IMG/VR virus record: IMGVR_UViG_3300048583_000157
Location: 7,168 to 71,167 of that record
Direction: 5' to 3' (one strand)
From: a virus
DNA length: 64,000 nt
The notes under the pieces were generated by a model that made no database searches, was not told where the DNA came from, and saw only the letters and a program-made list of their open reading frames with translations. Each line of letters opens with the position of its first letter. Positions within the stretch are counted from its first letter, which is position 1. Below are positions 16,821 through 26,612 of this stretch, one piece after another. Made by a program: the position numbers and the translations under genes.

Positions 16821-18721
16821 AGCTTAGTATCCATTGGTAGCTTGGTTGAGGACGAGAGAATGCTCTGCATCGATGGCTTGAACGAGCTGTAATCTCCGCG
16901 ACGATCGGTCTCTTGGTAAATCCAACGATTGCTGACTGCGCTGTAGCGGTAGAGACGCGCAGGAATCTTCGTCTCTGGTGGGTAGTAGAGACGGAAGTAT
17001 TCGCCATCAGAAGCAGTGGACGTATCTGGCAGCTTGAAGCCTTCGCCATATGGAAGGTTGCCCGGTGGTAGGCCAGCTTCGATGTAAAGGTTAGGGCCGT
17101 TGTTAGGATTTGGCGCAGGCACTGCGGCCGGCTGACCCTTAGGATTAGCTGGTGGTAGTGGTCGGCGGGCAGGCACACCTTGGACAGAACGAATATCGTC
17201 GGAGCCAACTTCAGGAACAGCATCCCATGCGTCCTTCATAATCTCTTCAGTTGCAGTCAGAGGAACAGTATTGAGCTGCTCGCCCATTGCATCCATGAGA
17301 ATCGAATCTGGTACAAGATACTTCTGTGTGTCGAGCGTACCAAAGATGTCGCGAGTCTCCTGAGAAGGGAGAGCCTGCTGAGCATTGAAGCGGTAGACAA
17401 ATGGCTTGTACGCTGGGCCGTAGCCAGAGGAAGCCCAACCAGTATCGGTGACTTCGAGGAACTTACGGATAGGCATCAAGTTATGGTCGTACTGCATCTC
17501 TGGAATAACTTCGATGATGTCGCCCGTAACAATTGGACGGCCTAGAGCTTGAACCATCGTCGCGAACGATACAGAGAAGACGTACTGATCAAGGATGCTT
17601 AGACCGAATTTGCTGAGGTCTGTGGTAGAATCCATTGGTGTGTATGCTGCCTTCAGAGGCAGAGGAGCAACAGCATAATCACGGTCTCTGTTCTCGTTGA
17701 AGAACAGGTCCTGAATGTTGTTGATGTCCGTAGGAGGCGAGGCGAGAACGTCTAGTGCTAGGATTTCCCAGCTGTCAGTGCCAGTGTAGAGAGTTGGGAC
17801 TACACGAATAGCCTTGACCTTGTAGGTCTGCTTCAGATTCAGAACTTGTGGGTCTGGCGTCTGAAGAAGATTGAAGATTGCTACGCGCTTCCAAAGGTAG
17901 TCGATCGCAACAGAGAACATGTCACCCGCATCAAATGGGGTAACACCACCGCTGATAGTGAAGTTGAGAGCGAGGCTGTGGAATGGCACGCCGACAGTTG
18001 CTTCGCCAAGTGAGACTACAGAATTGTCGAGCAGCGTCACATAGACATCGAAGGTCGTAGCCGATGAAGCGACAGCAGTAACGAGAGATTGAGTAGCATC
18101 TAGGCCTGGGCTATTGACTAGCAGCGTACCATTGCCAGTACCCGAAAGCTGTGGAGCTCCAACAGCTACCGTTCCATCTGCTAGATCGACGCGCACTTGC
18201 TGCGCCCAGTATCCAGGGATGTTCGATTGAGTGACAGTGATGGCACCAACGTCAGTCCACTTGTTTGCCTTAGGCTCGTACTCAGAGATGACGTTTGGAA
18301 CGGTGGTCATCTTGATACCGAAATCTACGCCAACGTAAGCAGAGCCAGCAACAGCGCCACCAGTCTGAAGCGAACGCCAAGTAGAGATGCCGCCAGTATT
18401 GATGCCAGTCTTTGGGTAACCAGGGAATGATGGCGATGTAACCAGGCTTCCAGTTGAAAGCACAGAACCATTACCCTGCTCATGTACACCGAGTAGCTTG
18501 TAGATGTTGATTGGCGCGCCAGAGATATTCAGCGATTCAGCGATGTAACCTTCCTGAATAAGCTGTTCGTTGGTAGCGCACTCGTCCGGATCAGTAGAGG
18601 TTATCTCCCACGTACCTACGCAGAGAGCAGGTGGAACGTAAGGCCCAACTACTGGTGGCGTAGTTGGGTTAGCCGGATTGTTGAGGCTACCGCCTCCATC
18701 TGGACATGGTAGAGTTGGCAT
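16817..18721 (-). CDS. Neck / head-closure protein with inserted domains (gp14-like)
   Basis: E.LNISGA.I.IYK, IQDLFFNENRDRDY, DLSKFGL, GRPIVTGDIIE; follows the gp13-like gene. Confidence 0.7.
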   Translation of the reverse strand: MPTLPCPDGGGSLNNPANPTTPPVVGPYVPPALCVGTWEITSTDPDECATNEQLIQEGYIAESLNISGAPINIYKLLGVHEQGNGSVLSTGSLVTSPSFPGYPKTGINTGGISTWRSLQTGGAVAGSAYVGVDFGIKMTTVPNVISEYEPKANKWTDVGAITVTQSNIPGYWAQQVRVDLADGTVAVGAPQLSGTGNGTLLVNSPGLDATQSLVTAVASSATTFDVYVTLLDNSVVSLGEATVGVPFHSLALNFTISGGVTPFDAGDMFSVAIDYLWKRVAIFNLLQTPDPQVLNLKQTYKVKAIRVVPTLYTGTDSWEILALDVLASPPTDINNIQDLFFNENRDRDYAVAPLPLKAAYTPMDSTTDLSKFGLSILDQYVFSVSFATMVQALGRPIVTGDIIEVIPEMQYDHNLMPIRKFLEVTDTGWASSGYGPAYKPFVYRFNAQQALPSQETRDIFGTLDTQKYLVPDSILMDAMGEQLNTVPLTATEEIMKDAWDAVPEVGSDDIRSVQGVPARRPLPPANPKGQPAAVPAPNPNNGPNLYIEAGLPPGNLPYGEGFKLPDTSTASDGEYFRLYYPPETKIPARLYRYSAVSNRWIYQETDRRGDYSSFKPSMQSILSSSTKLPMDTKL

Positions 18722-18724
18722 GAA

Positions 18725-20605
18725 TTATCCGATTAGGAACGCGGTGGAACCAAACTGAACACCACCGTTGCCGACTTCGTAGTCTGCAATCTGGCGGCGT
18801 AGGTCGAGCTTGAGCTCGCTAGCCTTAGCGAGGAGAGCATCACCATTGAGAGTTAGACCGCCATTAGCAGAAGGTAGAGTGCCGTACTTAGTGCGGATCA
18901 TACCAAGCTGCTCGAGTGCATCAGCATATGCCCAGTCCTTAATCCACATACGAGCCCAGCGATCAGTGATGAGCTCCTGCTCCGTACGCTCCATGACTGC
19001 TTCGAGAACAACTCTCTCGGCATCTTGGTTGACGCGGCGAAGAACTGTAAGCTCTCGTGACGATTCATCCCAAGTGAAGACGATGTTGCCTGCGAAAATC
19101 TTCTCATAGACTTCCGAAAGCTGGTGCATCAAGTGAATAGACAGAACGTCTACGCTTGGTCCCTGGAAGACTTGGTTGAAGAACGCTTGGGCATACAGAC
19201 CGTTTTCAGCAGAGAGCGAGCTGATGCCAAGCTGGTTGATGCGGTGAACCTTGATGATGTTGACTACGCGGTTAGTACCGTCGCGTGGGTCGTTTAGGTA
19301 GTACTTGTTCTGTCCACCATCGCGACCCCCAATCAAGGTGAATGAGATGTGGCGATGCTCATACGCATTGTCTGCCATCTGACGGAAGGTAGCAAGAGAG
19401 TTGCTTACGGCTTCGATGAAGTTCTGCTCTTGAAGCTCTACACAGACAGAAGGCCAGCCCATGCGGGTCTTGACTTCTCTGATAAGCTGGAAGCGAGCAT
19501 CGTTAGTACCGTCAGTTCCAACGTGGGTCTTGTCGTAAGTTGGTTCACCCTCTTGAGCAGTGTCAGCCTTGTTCCAACCGGCTCCATTCCAGACCATGAG
19601 GTCGCGAGATGCAGAGTTGTAGAAGAAGTCGCCGATCTGCGGGATGAGTGGGTCAGTGTCAGCGACCGTATTCTGAGCATTTGGAATTGCAATCGGAGTC
19701 CACGTGACTCCGATCAGAACTTGTACCATGTCTGGCGTAACGTTGAACCACTGGCCAAGGCTGAAGAATTTCAGCGTATGAGCAGGTGGAGCAGAGACTT
19801 GACCCTTCTCAACGAGGACTACGAAGTCACCGACAGTTGGTGCAGTTGGATAGACGCCAGTTTCAGCGGCAAGACCAGTGAATGGAGCCCATGCGCCTGC
19901 AAGCTTGACGCGAAGGTTCGTTGCGTCAGCAGTTACCCAAGCCGCTCCATTGAAGAAGCGCAGGATTTGACCGTCACGACGGAAGAATAGCTGAGCTACG
20001 TCTACTAGAGGAGCAGTCGAAACGCGAACTGGATACTGGTTAGCTTTGATCCATGCGAGCTGCTGGTTGTTCCAGAGCAGGACTGAATTGGAGTTGATGT
20101 CGTAGTAGACTTGACCGTCAGTAGGGTTCTGCGGAGGAGACGATGCCTGAGGAATAGAACCAGCGTACGCGCTGTTCTTCTTGACAGGAGTATTCGACTC
20201 TAGCGGATACGACACTGCGCCAACGGTGTAGTACTGGAGAACGTTCGAAGCCGCGTGGATGGATGCGTAGTAGACTTTCGAAGGATCGAGTCCAGTAACA
20301 GTGACGGTGTTGGTCGTGATCACATCACCAAAGAAGCCGTAGAATGCTGCTACGACTTGAGCTTCACCGATACGATCTGCTGGGGCTGCCCAGTTGGTGG
20401 ATGCGCTGTACTTCGTACCATCAACTGGACGATTGTCAGCAAAGAACGGTTGCTCTGAGACCAGAACAACTGCGCCATTGTAAGCGATTGGGTTAGTAGG
20501 AACTGTCCAAGACAGGACCATGACGCCCGTATTGGATACTCCGCCGGCCGTCAACTTGATGTTGCGGCCTTCGGTCCAGAGGTCGTGGGTTGTGATCTGA
20601 GCCAT
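18725..20605 (-). CDS. gp13: Neck protein (gp13-like) with long N-terminal extension
   Basis: C-terminal RMGWPSVCVEL...WIKDWAYA...LGMIRTKY..LP..NGG.TLNGD; the N-terminal part has an FN3-like region and P..G..FY...WNG..W repeats. Confidence 0.8.
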   Translation of the reverse strand: MAQITTHDLWTEGRNIKLTAGGVSNTGVMVLSWTVPTNPIAYNGAVVLVSEQPFFADNRPVDGTKYSASTNWAAPADRIGEAQVVAAFYGFFGDVITTNTVTVTGLDPSKVYYASIHAASNVLQYYTVGAVSYPLESNTPVKKNSAYAGSIPQASSPPQNPTDGQVYYDINSNSVLLWNNQQLAWIKANQYPVRVSTAPLVDVAQLFFRRDGQILRFFNGAAWVTADATNLRVKLAGAWAPFTGLAAETGVYPTAPTVGDFVVLVEKGQVSAPPAHTLKFFSLGQWFNVTPDMVQVLIGVTWTPIAIPNAQNTVADTDPLIPQIGDFFYNSASRDLMVWNGAGWNKADTAQEGEPTYDKTHVGTDGTNDARFQLIREVKTRMGWPSVCVELQEQNFIEAVSNSLATFRQMADNAYEHRHISFTLIGGRDGGQNKYYLNDPRDGTNRVVNIIKVHRINQLGISSLSAENGLYAQAFFNQVFQGPSVDVLSIHLMHQLSEVYEKIFAGNIVFTWDESSRELTVLRRVNQDAERVVLEAVMERTEQELITDRWARMWIKDWAYADALEQLGMIRTKYGTLPSANGGLTLNGDALLAKASELKLDLRRQIADYEVGNGGVQFGSTAFLIG

Positions 20606-20639
20606 TACAGGATGCCTTGGGTGATTAGACTGTACAGCC

Positions 20640-20646
20640 TATTTAT
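20640..20646 (-). promoter_or_regulatory. Late promoter (neck operon)
   Basis: Intergenic ATAAATA. Confidence 0.8.
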
Positions 20647-20661
20647 GAGGTCTGAAAAGAT

Positions 20662-21579
20662 TCAGTCAAGTGGACAGCCTTCCTCTTTCCACTTCTTGAT
20701 GTACTCGAGGATTTTGATCTTCGGATACCAGAACTTCGGCCAAAGAGTTATGTCCGCTTTAGTCATTTGGACTTCATGCGGTCTACCGGGTACGTTCACG
20801 ATTTGATTGGGTTCACCTTTCATGAACGCATCGACAACTTGAACGACAGAGACGGAAGCATCTCCACTACCAAGCTCGTAGAGATCGCGAGCTGTTCCGT
20901 TACCCATTTCACCAATGATAGCCGCAAGACCATCTACAACGTCGTCAATGTGGGTGAAGTCTCTGACCTGATTACCATCGCCATGAATGAAGACAGGTCG
21001 CTTGGTCCACAGCGCCTTCTTGCAGGTTCTAACGAGGGTCGAGTACTCCGCAAATTCTGATTCGCCTGCACCGTAGACATTGAAAAGCCGAACTGTTGCA
21101 CACTTAATGCCGTAAGTCGCGCGGTATGTATCCACTAGCTGCTCGCCAATCTTCTTGGACAGAGCGTAGGGATTGAATCGAGAATCAGCCCATGTCGCAG
21201 AGCTGCTCGATACGAAGAGTAGTTTGGTTGACGGGTGCGCTCTGCAGTAGCCGAGCACGTCGATCAAGCTATCCACATTGTTTCTCAACGTAGCTTCGGG
21301 GTACGCAAGACTTACGCCCACGCGAGGTATAGCAGCAAGATGAATGATCAAATCGTACGGTTCAAGCTCATCGTAGAGGTTCTTCAGCTGATGAGCATCG
21401 TCTAGCTCTTTCATGAAGACTCGAACGTCTTTGTTGATGTTCCTCCAGCGCAGGACATCGAGTACGTCTGCTGGCTTGAAGTCGACTGAGGTGATGTCGT
21501 AGAGATTGGATGTAGCGAGGTACATTGCGAGGTTGCGACCGATGAAGCCTTGGCCGCCCGTGATGAGGATTCTTTTCAT
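20662..21579 (-). CDS. NAD-dependent nucleotide-sugar epimerase/dehydratase
   Basis: ITGGQGFIG, HLAA, SSS, YALSK, RLFNVYG, GDGNQVRDFTHIDD. Confidence 0.93.
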   Translation of the reverse strand: MKRILITGGQGFIGRNLAMYLATSNLYDITSVDFKPADVLDVLRWRNINKDVRVFMKELDDAHQLKNLYDELEPYDLIIHLAAIPRVGVSLAYPEATLRNNVDSLIDVLGYCRAHPSTKLLFVSSSSATWADSRFNPYALSKKIGEQLVDTYRATYGIKCATVRLFNVYGAGESEFAEYSTLVRTCKKALWTKRPVFIHGDGNQVRDFTHIDDVVDGLAAIIGEMGNGTARDLYELGSGDASVSVVQVVDAFMKGEPNQIVNVPGRPHEVQMTKADITLWPKFWYPKIKILEYIKKWKEEGCPLD

Positions 21580-21630
21580 ATGGTCCTAGATTCTGATTGA
21601 CTAAATACATGAAACCACGTGGAGATCCAC

Positions 21631-21867
21631 ATGTCAAATACCCAGCGCCCTAAGGCTTTACCTCATGTATTTATGCCTGGCCAGACTGTGACCGGAGCAA
21701 TCAGCAAAATCAACGTGCACGACGTTACGCCAGAAGAGATGAAGTCTCTTCTAGTTCAGTATCGGGAAATGAATCCGCCCGCTAATCCTAAACCAGGAAT
21801 GCGGGCGTTAGTGCCAATTCTACAACGGCACGAAGCTAGAATTTTCGGGTACGGATTCGGGATTTAA
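21631..21867 (+). CDS. Small hypothetical late protein
   Basis: TAAATA at 21602 and GGAG SD before ATG 21631; the only plus-strand gene in this block. Confidence 0.6.
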   Translation: MSNTQRPKALPHVFMPGQTVTGAISKINVHDVTPEEMKSLLVQYREMNPPANPKPGMRALVPILQRHEARIFGYGFGI

Positions 21868-22124
21868 CCCTTTAGGAACTCATCTAGCAAATCTATCTGA
21901 GCTTCCAATTCAACCTTACGAATGCGTAGGTTGGATGCTGCGGCCGCCACAACGTCTGCGCCGTGCTGACGAGCATACCACTGATACCGAGTTTCAAGCA
22001 GCTGGGTGACACTGGCTGAAACAAGCTTGTGCTCGTTGATCAGCGACTGCATGTACTCTTCTGAAAAATGCTTCATTAGTTCCTTCCTTTCCTTCTTAGG
22101 AAACAGTTTGCGAATCCACTTCAC
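21864..22124 (-). CDS. Hypothetical protein
   Basis: 86 aa ORF downstream of the DenV-like gene. Confidence 0.6.
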   Translation of the reverse strand: MKWIRKLFPKKERKELMKHFSEEYMQSLINEHKLVSASVTQLLETRYQWYARQHGADVVAAAASNLRIRKVELEAQIDLLDEFLKG

Positions 22125-22806
22125 GCGTTAGCTCCAGTGCCCGTTGTAGAATACGACGATCGCAGGGCGGGTTCTTTTTGAATTCCATTGCGCGCAGATA
22201 CTCTACACGCTTCTCGAAGTTTAGATCATGCCAGACTTCCGCCATATTCGGGAGCATCCACTTCGGCATCGGTGTTTCCTTCCACTTAGCGAAACGCCAT
22301 TTGTCACCAGCGTAGTAGCGACGATACGATTCGATCGGATCATTGCCCTTGTAAATCTCTGGCATTGCAAGCGTAGGCGGGAAGAAATCACCACGGGGAA
22401 GATTCCTCGGTGGCTTCTGCACTGCAGCAACCATTCCAAACTTGACGCACTTGAAAGTGTTCTTGTAGCGGAATCGGTACTCCTCACACATCGCGTTCAA
22501 GTACTCAATGAGCCAGGCGTAGTTACCCGTATTGGTTCTTGCCCACACTGCGCTCGGGTGATTCTGATGGGTGACCTTGTAGAGCAAATGGTCAAAGTGT
22601 TCATCAGCCATCGTGTAACGAATTTTCGGCTTCGCACCCTCGCGCACAACCTTTTCCACCGGCACACCATCAAGTAGACGATGCGCCGTCGAGATAAGCT
22701 GCAGAGTTTCCGTTGGCATTTTGACAATGTGCTTGTCAACGAGAGCCTGAGCTGCAAACCTGGGATTGTGATCGAGGTAGAAAATGTTCACCGCAAAGTC
22801 CATCAT
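22096..22806 (-). CDS. Pyrimidine-dimer DNA glycosylase / endonuclease V-related protein
   Basis: NIFYLD..P..AAQ...DKHIVKMP.E..Q..ST, TH.NHP...W, AMP, SYRRYY...K. The true start may be GTG at 22791. Confidence 0.75.
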   Translation of the reverse strand: MMDFAVNIFYLDHNPRFAAQALVDKHIVKMPTETLQLISTAHRLLDGVPVEKVVREGAKPKIRYTMADEHFDHLLYKVTHQNHPSAVWARTNTGNYAWLIEYLNAMCEEYRFRYKNTFKCVKFGMVAAVQKPPRNLPRGDFFPPTLAMPEIYKGNDPIESYRRYYAGDKWRFAKWKETPMPKWMLPNMAEVWHDLNFEKRVEYLRAMEFKKNPPCDRRILQRALELTREVDSQTVS

Positions 22807-22824
22807 CTGTCTATAAGTTCTTAC

Positions 22825-22854
22825 ATTATAGACTGGCTCACAGGTGAAGTAAAC
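22825..22854 (-). promoter_or_regulatory. Early (sigma70-type) promoter
   Basis: GTTTACT-17 nt-TATAAT on the minus strand. Confidence 0.8.
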
Positions 22855-22865
22855 TTCAATCAGAT

Positions 22866-23246
22866 CTATTTAGCCGCAGGTCGATCAGCGTTGAGGACTT
22901 CATGGAGCTTGTTCAGCTCTTCGAATATTGAGTAGATGAAGGTGCTCATGAGCAGGCAATAGCAGCCAAACATACCAAACATCAAAAGCTGCCAGACGGT
23001 GTGGAGCTCTTCCCCGCCAATTGCGAAGAAGATTCTAATTGCTGCATGAACTGCAACAAGCATTGGCCCTGATGCTAGCAAGATGCCGCGCTTCAGAATT
23101 TTAGGTGGCATTGGAGTGCCGGTCTTTTTTACCCAAATCTTGTTCATGCTTTCAAGCAGCAAGAAAAGAAGCAGGGTGGCGATTAGACCACCTACTCCGC
23201 CGATAAACGAGAAGAAGATAATTGCGAGGGTAAGACCGGGGTCCAT
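22866..23246 (-). CDS. Membrane protein with about 3 TM helices
   Basis: Three long hydrophobic segments. Confidence 0.65.
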   Translation of the reverse strand: MDPGLTLAIIFFSFIGGVGGLIATLLLFLLLESMNKIWVKKTGTPMPPKILKRGILLASGPMLVAVHAAIRIFFAIGGEELHTVWQLLMFGMFGCYCLLMSTFIYSIFEELNKLHEVLNADRPAAK

Positions 23247-23255
23247 CGAGGTTCC

Positions 23256-23516
23256 TTAAGGCGCGTTAGCAGCCTTGTACGACTGCGTTCCATGACGGAA
23301 CATTTCGAATTCAGAACGATCGACCTTGTGCTTCTTTACAAGCTTGTCAAGTGTTGCATCGAGATCGACTGGCATCACATTATCAGCTACAATCTTGTCA
23401 TCACCCTTCCAGCGCAGACGAATCTGCCAAGGCTTAGCTGGGCTAGAAGCTTCGTCAATGCGTCCGCGTGGGATGAGCTTGCTGAGTTCTTGGATCATTT
23501 TCATGTTGCTCTCCAT
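23256..23516 (-). CDS. Hypothetical protein
   Basis: Coupled to the upstream ORF; N-terminus MKMIQELSKL. Confidence 0.6.
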   Translation of the reverse strand: MESNMKMIQELSKLIPRGRIDEASSPAKPWQIRLRWKGDDKIVADNVMPVDLDATLDKLVKKHKVDRSEFEMFRHGTQSYKAANAP

Positions 23517-23938
23517 TAGAGTTTCATTTGGCCTTCAGACCAACCGTAATTATCGCCGAGTTTCTTACCTTGCGCTACAATCTGGATAGGCTTGACCATC
23601 GAACCATCAGCCAGCGAAATCCAAACTGTTCCAATTTTCACGTAGCTCTTCTCAGGGTACGTCTTTCGATTGTCATAGACCGCAAGAACAGTATTGGCTG
23701 GTGCGCGAGCAAGTTCTTTTGCGTCAATGGACGAGAAGTCTCCGCTGTCTCCAAACTTCTTGAGTGCTGCTACCTTACCACGAAGGTGAAGCAGACGAGC
23801 CTTCTTTGTAACAGCATCAGACACAGGCGCTACCACTTTCTTCTTTCTTGGCTCTTCCTTATCGCCGTACTTGTTGTTGGCTGGGCGAAGGTTGGAATTT
23901 GAGCTGCTGTCGTTCTCGAATAGGTCGTTGAGCTTCAT
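23516..23938 (-). CDS. Hypothetical basic protein with capsid-targeting-like N-terminus
   Basis: MKLNDLFE; GGGAG SD; late promoter at 23962. Confidence 0.65.
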   Translation of the reverse strand: MKLNDLFENDSSSNSNLRPANNKYGDKEEPRKKKVVAPVSDAVTKKARLLHLRGKVAALKKFGDSGDFSSIDAKELARAPANTVLAVYDNRKTYPEKSYVKIGTVWISLADGSMVKPIQIVAQGKKLGDNYGWSEGQMKL

Positions 23939-23961
23939 GGATGTCTCCCAAGTGTACCGCG

Positions 23962-23968
23962 TATTTAT
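23962..23968 (-). promoter_or_regulatory. Late promoter
   Basis: ATAAATA just downstream of the capsid terminator. Confidence 0.8.
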
Positions 23969-23999
23969 CCTGTAACGGGTACTACGTCAATCTCCGCGC

Positions 24000-24029
24000 A
24001 AAAGAAAACCTGCCCGAAGGCAGGTTTTC
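24000..24029 (-). terminator. Rho-independent terminator after major capsid (UUCG loop)
   Basis: Minus strand GAAAACCTGCC-TTCG-GGCAGGTTTTCTTTT. Confidence 0.9.
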
Positions 24030-24057
24030 AGTTTTGTTTCTACAACTCTATCGTGGA

Positions 24058-25311
24058 TTAGACGAAGGAGAGGTTGGCAACGCTGATTCGACCATAGTAG
24101 TCTGCGGAATTGCCAAGCGAGGTTGCTGTGTCGGTGAACGTTGCCTTGCCGTAACGAGTCATCAGGGACAGATGGCTGTTGAAGGTGTTAGCATCGGTAA
24201 CAACGCCAGTTGCTGCCAGTGGGATGTATGGGCAGTAGAAGTAGCCGCTGTCCATTTCGCCCGTACCACCCTTGTAACCAAGGAGGATTGGCTCTACCGT
24301 GGTGCCGGCTGGGCCGCCATCGTGGTAGATGTAGGTGTAGACCTTGATCGAGCCGTTAAGAACACCGATGAGCTTGGTGTTGTTAGGACCTTCGAAGGAA
24401 CCGCTTACAGCTGGTGCGAAGACGGACTTCGAAGCAGACTGGAGGACCGAAGCAACTAGTGGCGATACAACTGCCCAGTTAGCCTGGCCGCGACGGGTCT
24501 TACGAGCGATCTCGTTTGCAACCTTGTTGATGAGCACGCCGAGAACTGCGTGGCGATCACCGACGTAGTTAGGAACACCGGTGAAGGTGCCTGCCATGTC
24601 GAACGACTCAGTGGTACCAGCAAGTGCGATGAGGTCGTTGATGATTTCGTTGTCGATTTCCGAAACAATTGCTGCGGAAAGCGAAGCGGTCATCTCGGCT
24701 TCAAGGTCAAGACCGTGAGAAGCCTTAAGGTCCTGCATCGACTCTGGGGTCCAACGAGCCTGGAGCTTACGCGAACCAGCGGTGACAGTCTGCTTAAGGA
24801 CTTCAAGGTTCATTGCGCGGCCGCCGAAGCCTTCGTAGTTAGCAGTTAGTGCTGCGTTACCAGTCGAAGTTGCTGCGGTGAGACCAGGTGGGTAGCCAGT
24901 GGTACCAACGTTAGCTGCCGAGTAGAAACGACGGGTCAGCGAGTTGTTACCGAAGACTTCTGCACCAGCTGCCTGGGTGAAGCCAGTGTCGAGTTCGCCT
25001 GCGTCTGGGGTACCAGCAACAGCATCAGCGAACAGGAAGCGCATCGAGTAAACGAGGCCAACTGGACCGCTCATTGGCTGGTTGCCCACGAGTTCAGATG
25101 CGATCGTACCAGGGATGATACGGCGAATCATTGGGATGACGATCTTCTGGAAGTTGCCGATAGCTGCTGCGGTCTGGGTGCCAGCTGCTGCGGTTTCGCG
25201 AAGTTCGCGCATGGTGTTTTCTAGTACTGGACCAAGAACACGCTTCTTGTTCTCAGGCAGGCCCTCTAGAAGGGTCTCTTTGGTATCCTGCCAGTTTTCG
25301 TAAAGTTCCAT
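24058..25311 (-). CDS. gp23: Major capsid protein
   Basis: Start moved to MELYENW (AGGAG SD); QPMSGPVGL, SRKLQARWT.E..QDL...HGLD.E, GYFYCPYIP, MTRYG. Confidence 0.97.
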   Translation of the reverse strand: MELYENWQDTKETLLEGLPENKKRVLGPVLENTMRELRETAAAGTQTAAAIGNFQKIVIPMIRRIIPGTIASELVGNQPMSGPVGLVYSMRFLFADAVAGTPDAGELDTGFTQAAGAEVFGNNSLTRRFYSAANVGTTGYPPGLTAATSTGNAALTANYEGFGGRAMNLEVLKQTVTAGSRKLQARWTPESMQDLKASHGLDLEAEMTASLSAAIVSEIDNEIINDLIALAGTTESFDMAGTFTGVPNYVGDRHAVLGVLINKVANEIARKTRRGQANWAVVSPLVASVLQSASKSVFAPAVSGSFEGPNNTKLIGVLNGSIKVYTYIYHDGGPAGTTVEPILLGYKGGTGEMDSGYFYCPYIPLAATGVVTDANTFNSHLSLMTRYGKATFTDTATSLGNSADYYGRISVANLSFV

Positions 25312-25333
25312 TGATGTTCTCCTATTGGGGCAA

Positions 25334-26224
25334 TTAGTGGGTAATACCAGCAAGCTTCTTAAGAGCAGAATGCTTGTCGATAGTTGGTGCGGTTGGGGCT
25401 GCAGCTTCAGAGAGCTCATCACCTGTTACTACGGAAGTAGCAGACTCAGAGAGTGCTGCTGGTGCTGCAATAGCCGGTGCTGCAGGAGATGCATCTTCCT
25501 TCAGAACACGACCAATGAAGTAATTGAAAGCCTCTTCCAGTCGGCCAGTTTCAACGTTTGCAAGAACGAATTCCATCTGCTCACGCTTCTTACCGCTTAG
25601 TGGTGCAAGAATCTTACCAAGGGTAGATTCACGAACCAGCTGGCTCTTAGCTTCTTCAAGCTTGTTGATAACCTGCTGTGCATCTTCAAGCTTAGCTGCA
25701 GTAGCTGCGAGCTGGCTCTGGATGGACTCTTCATCAACGTAAGAGGTGTTGAATTCAGTTGCGAAGGCTTCGAAAATACGACGGCCGAATTCATTCTTCT
25801 TAACAACTTCGATGTCTTCACGAAGCTCAGCAAACTCTTCAGTGAGACGTAGTTCGAAGAATGCGTCCATCTTGTTTACAAGCTGTTCGAGTTCTTCTGA
25901 AAGCTTGTCAGCCATTTCGTGGCGGGCTTCAACAAGCTTCTCAGCATGTTCAGCTTCGAGGTCGCGGAAGCGCTCGATGTCTGCACGAAGTTCTTCTGAC
26001 TCTTCCTTAAGCTTTGCAGTTACAAATGCATCGACCTTCTCGATAAGAGCGTCGCGTTCATTCGTCCACTGTTCGGCAATTTCAGCTCTCACGTCCATGG
26101 TTACTTCTTCACGAACCAGTTCTTTGTACTGGTCAACTGCGGAAGTCCACTTAGTGGAGATGTCAGCCTTAGCCTCTTCGCTTAGGAGCTCAGAGCTAAG
26201 CAGTTTCTGAAGGATTTCATCCAT
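25334..26224 (-). CDS. gp22: Prohead core scaffold protein
   Basis: Acidic coiled coil, FGRRIFEAF..EF, immediately upstream of the capsid gene; C-terminal LKKLAGI. Confidence 0.88.
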   Translation of the reverse strand: MDEILQKLLSSELLSEEAKADISTKWTSAVDQYKELVREEVTMDVRAEIAEQWTNERDALIEKVDAFVTAKLKEESEELRADIERFRDLEAEHAEKLVEARHEMADKLSEELEQLVNKMDAFFELRLTEEFAELREDIEVVKKNEFGRRIFEAFATEFNTSYVDEESIQSQLAATAAKLEDAQQVINKLEEAKSQLVRESTLGKILAPLSGKKREQMEFVLANVETGRLEEAFNYFIGRVLKEDASPAAPAIAAPAALSESATSVVTGDELSEAAAPTAPTIDKHSALKKLAGITH

Positions 26225-26337
26225 TTCAGTTTCTCCTTTATGGTAGGGATTAGAGATCGATTGCGCCGTCTCTAACGGCTAAGAACCGTCCGCTTTAATG
26301 TTTGAAGATTTTCAAAGCAGCTTAGAACGTACGGATC

Positions 26338-26344
26338 TATTTAT
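26338..26344 (-). promoter_or_regulatory. Late promoter (scaffold-capsid)
   Basis: Intergenic ATAAATA. Confidence 0.8.
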
Positions 26345-26417
26345 GCAAAATCGGAAAAATTAGTGAAAAATCAAACACTTAGGGCGCCTAAGCGATCCTG
26401 GAAACTAGAAAGCAGGA

Positions 26418-26612
26418 TTAGTCCGGCTCATTTTCCGTGTCGACAATTTCCTCTTGTTCGTCGTCAACGACTTCAGCGGCTGGTGCGCCACCTAGACCGG
26501 CAACTTCTCTCATTTTGTCTGTCATGTATGAGTGCAAATCAAGAGAGGCCTCTTCAGGCTTGTCATTGATTAGGTTGGTCAACATGCTCTTTAGTGCTTC
26601 GCGCTTATCCAT
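26418..26612 (-). CDS. Small acidic prohead core-like protein
   Basis: AAGGAG SD; acidic tail; KMREVAGL motif; lies upstream of the scaffold gene. Confidence 0.65.
   Translation of the reverse strand: MDKREALKSMLTNLINDKPEEASLDLHSYMTDKMREVAGLGGAPAAEVVDDEQEEIVDTENEPD

Noticed and set aside
25312-25422. The capsid reading frame stays open into the scaffold 3' end, suggesting a scaffold-capsid frameshift fusion
   Set aside because: No clear slippery site; the AGGAG SD before ATG 25311 explains the normal start, and a 37-codon open stretch is expected by chance.
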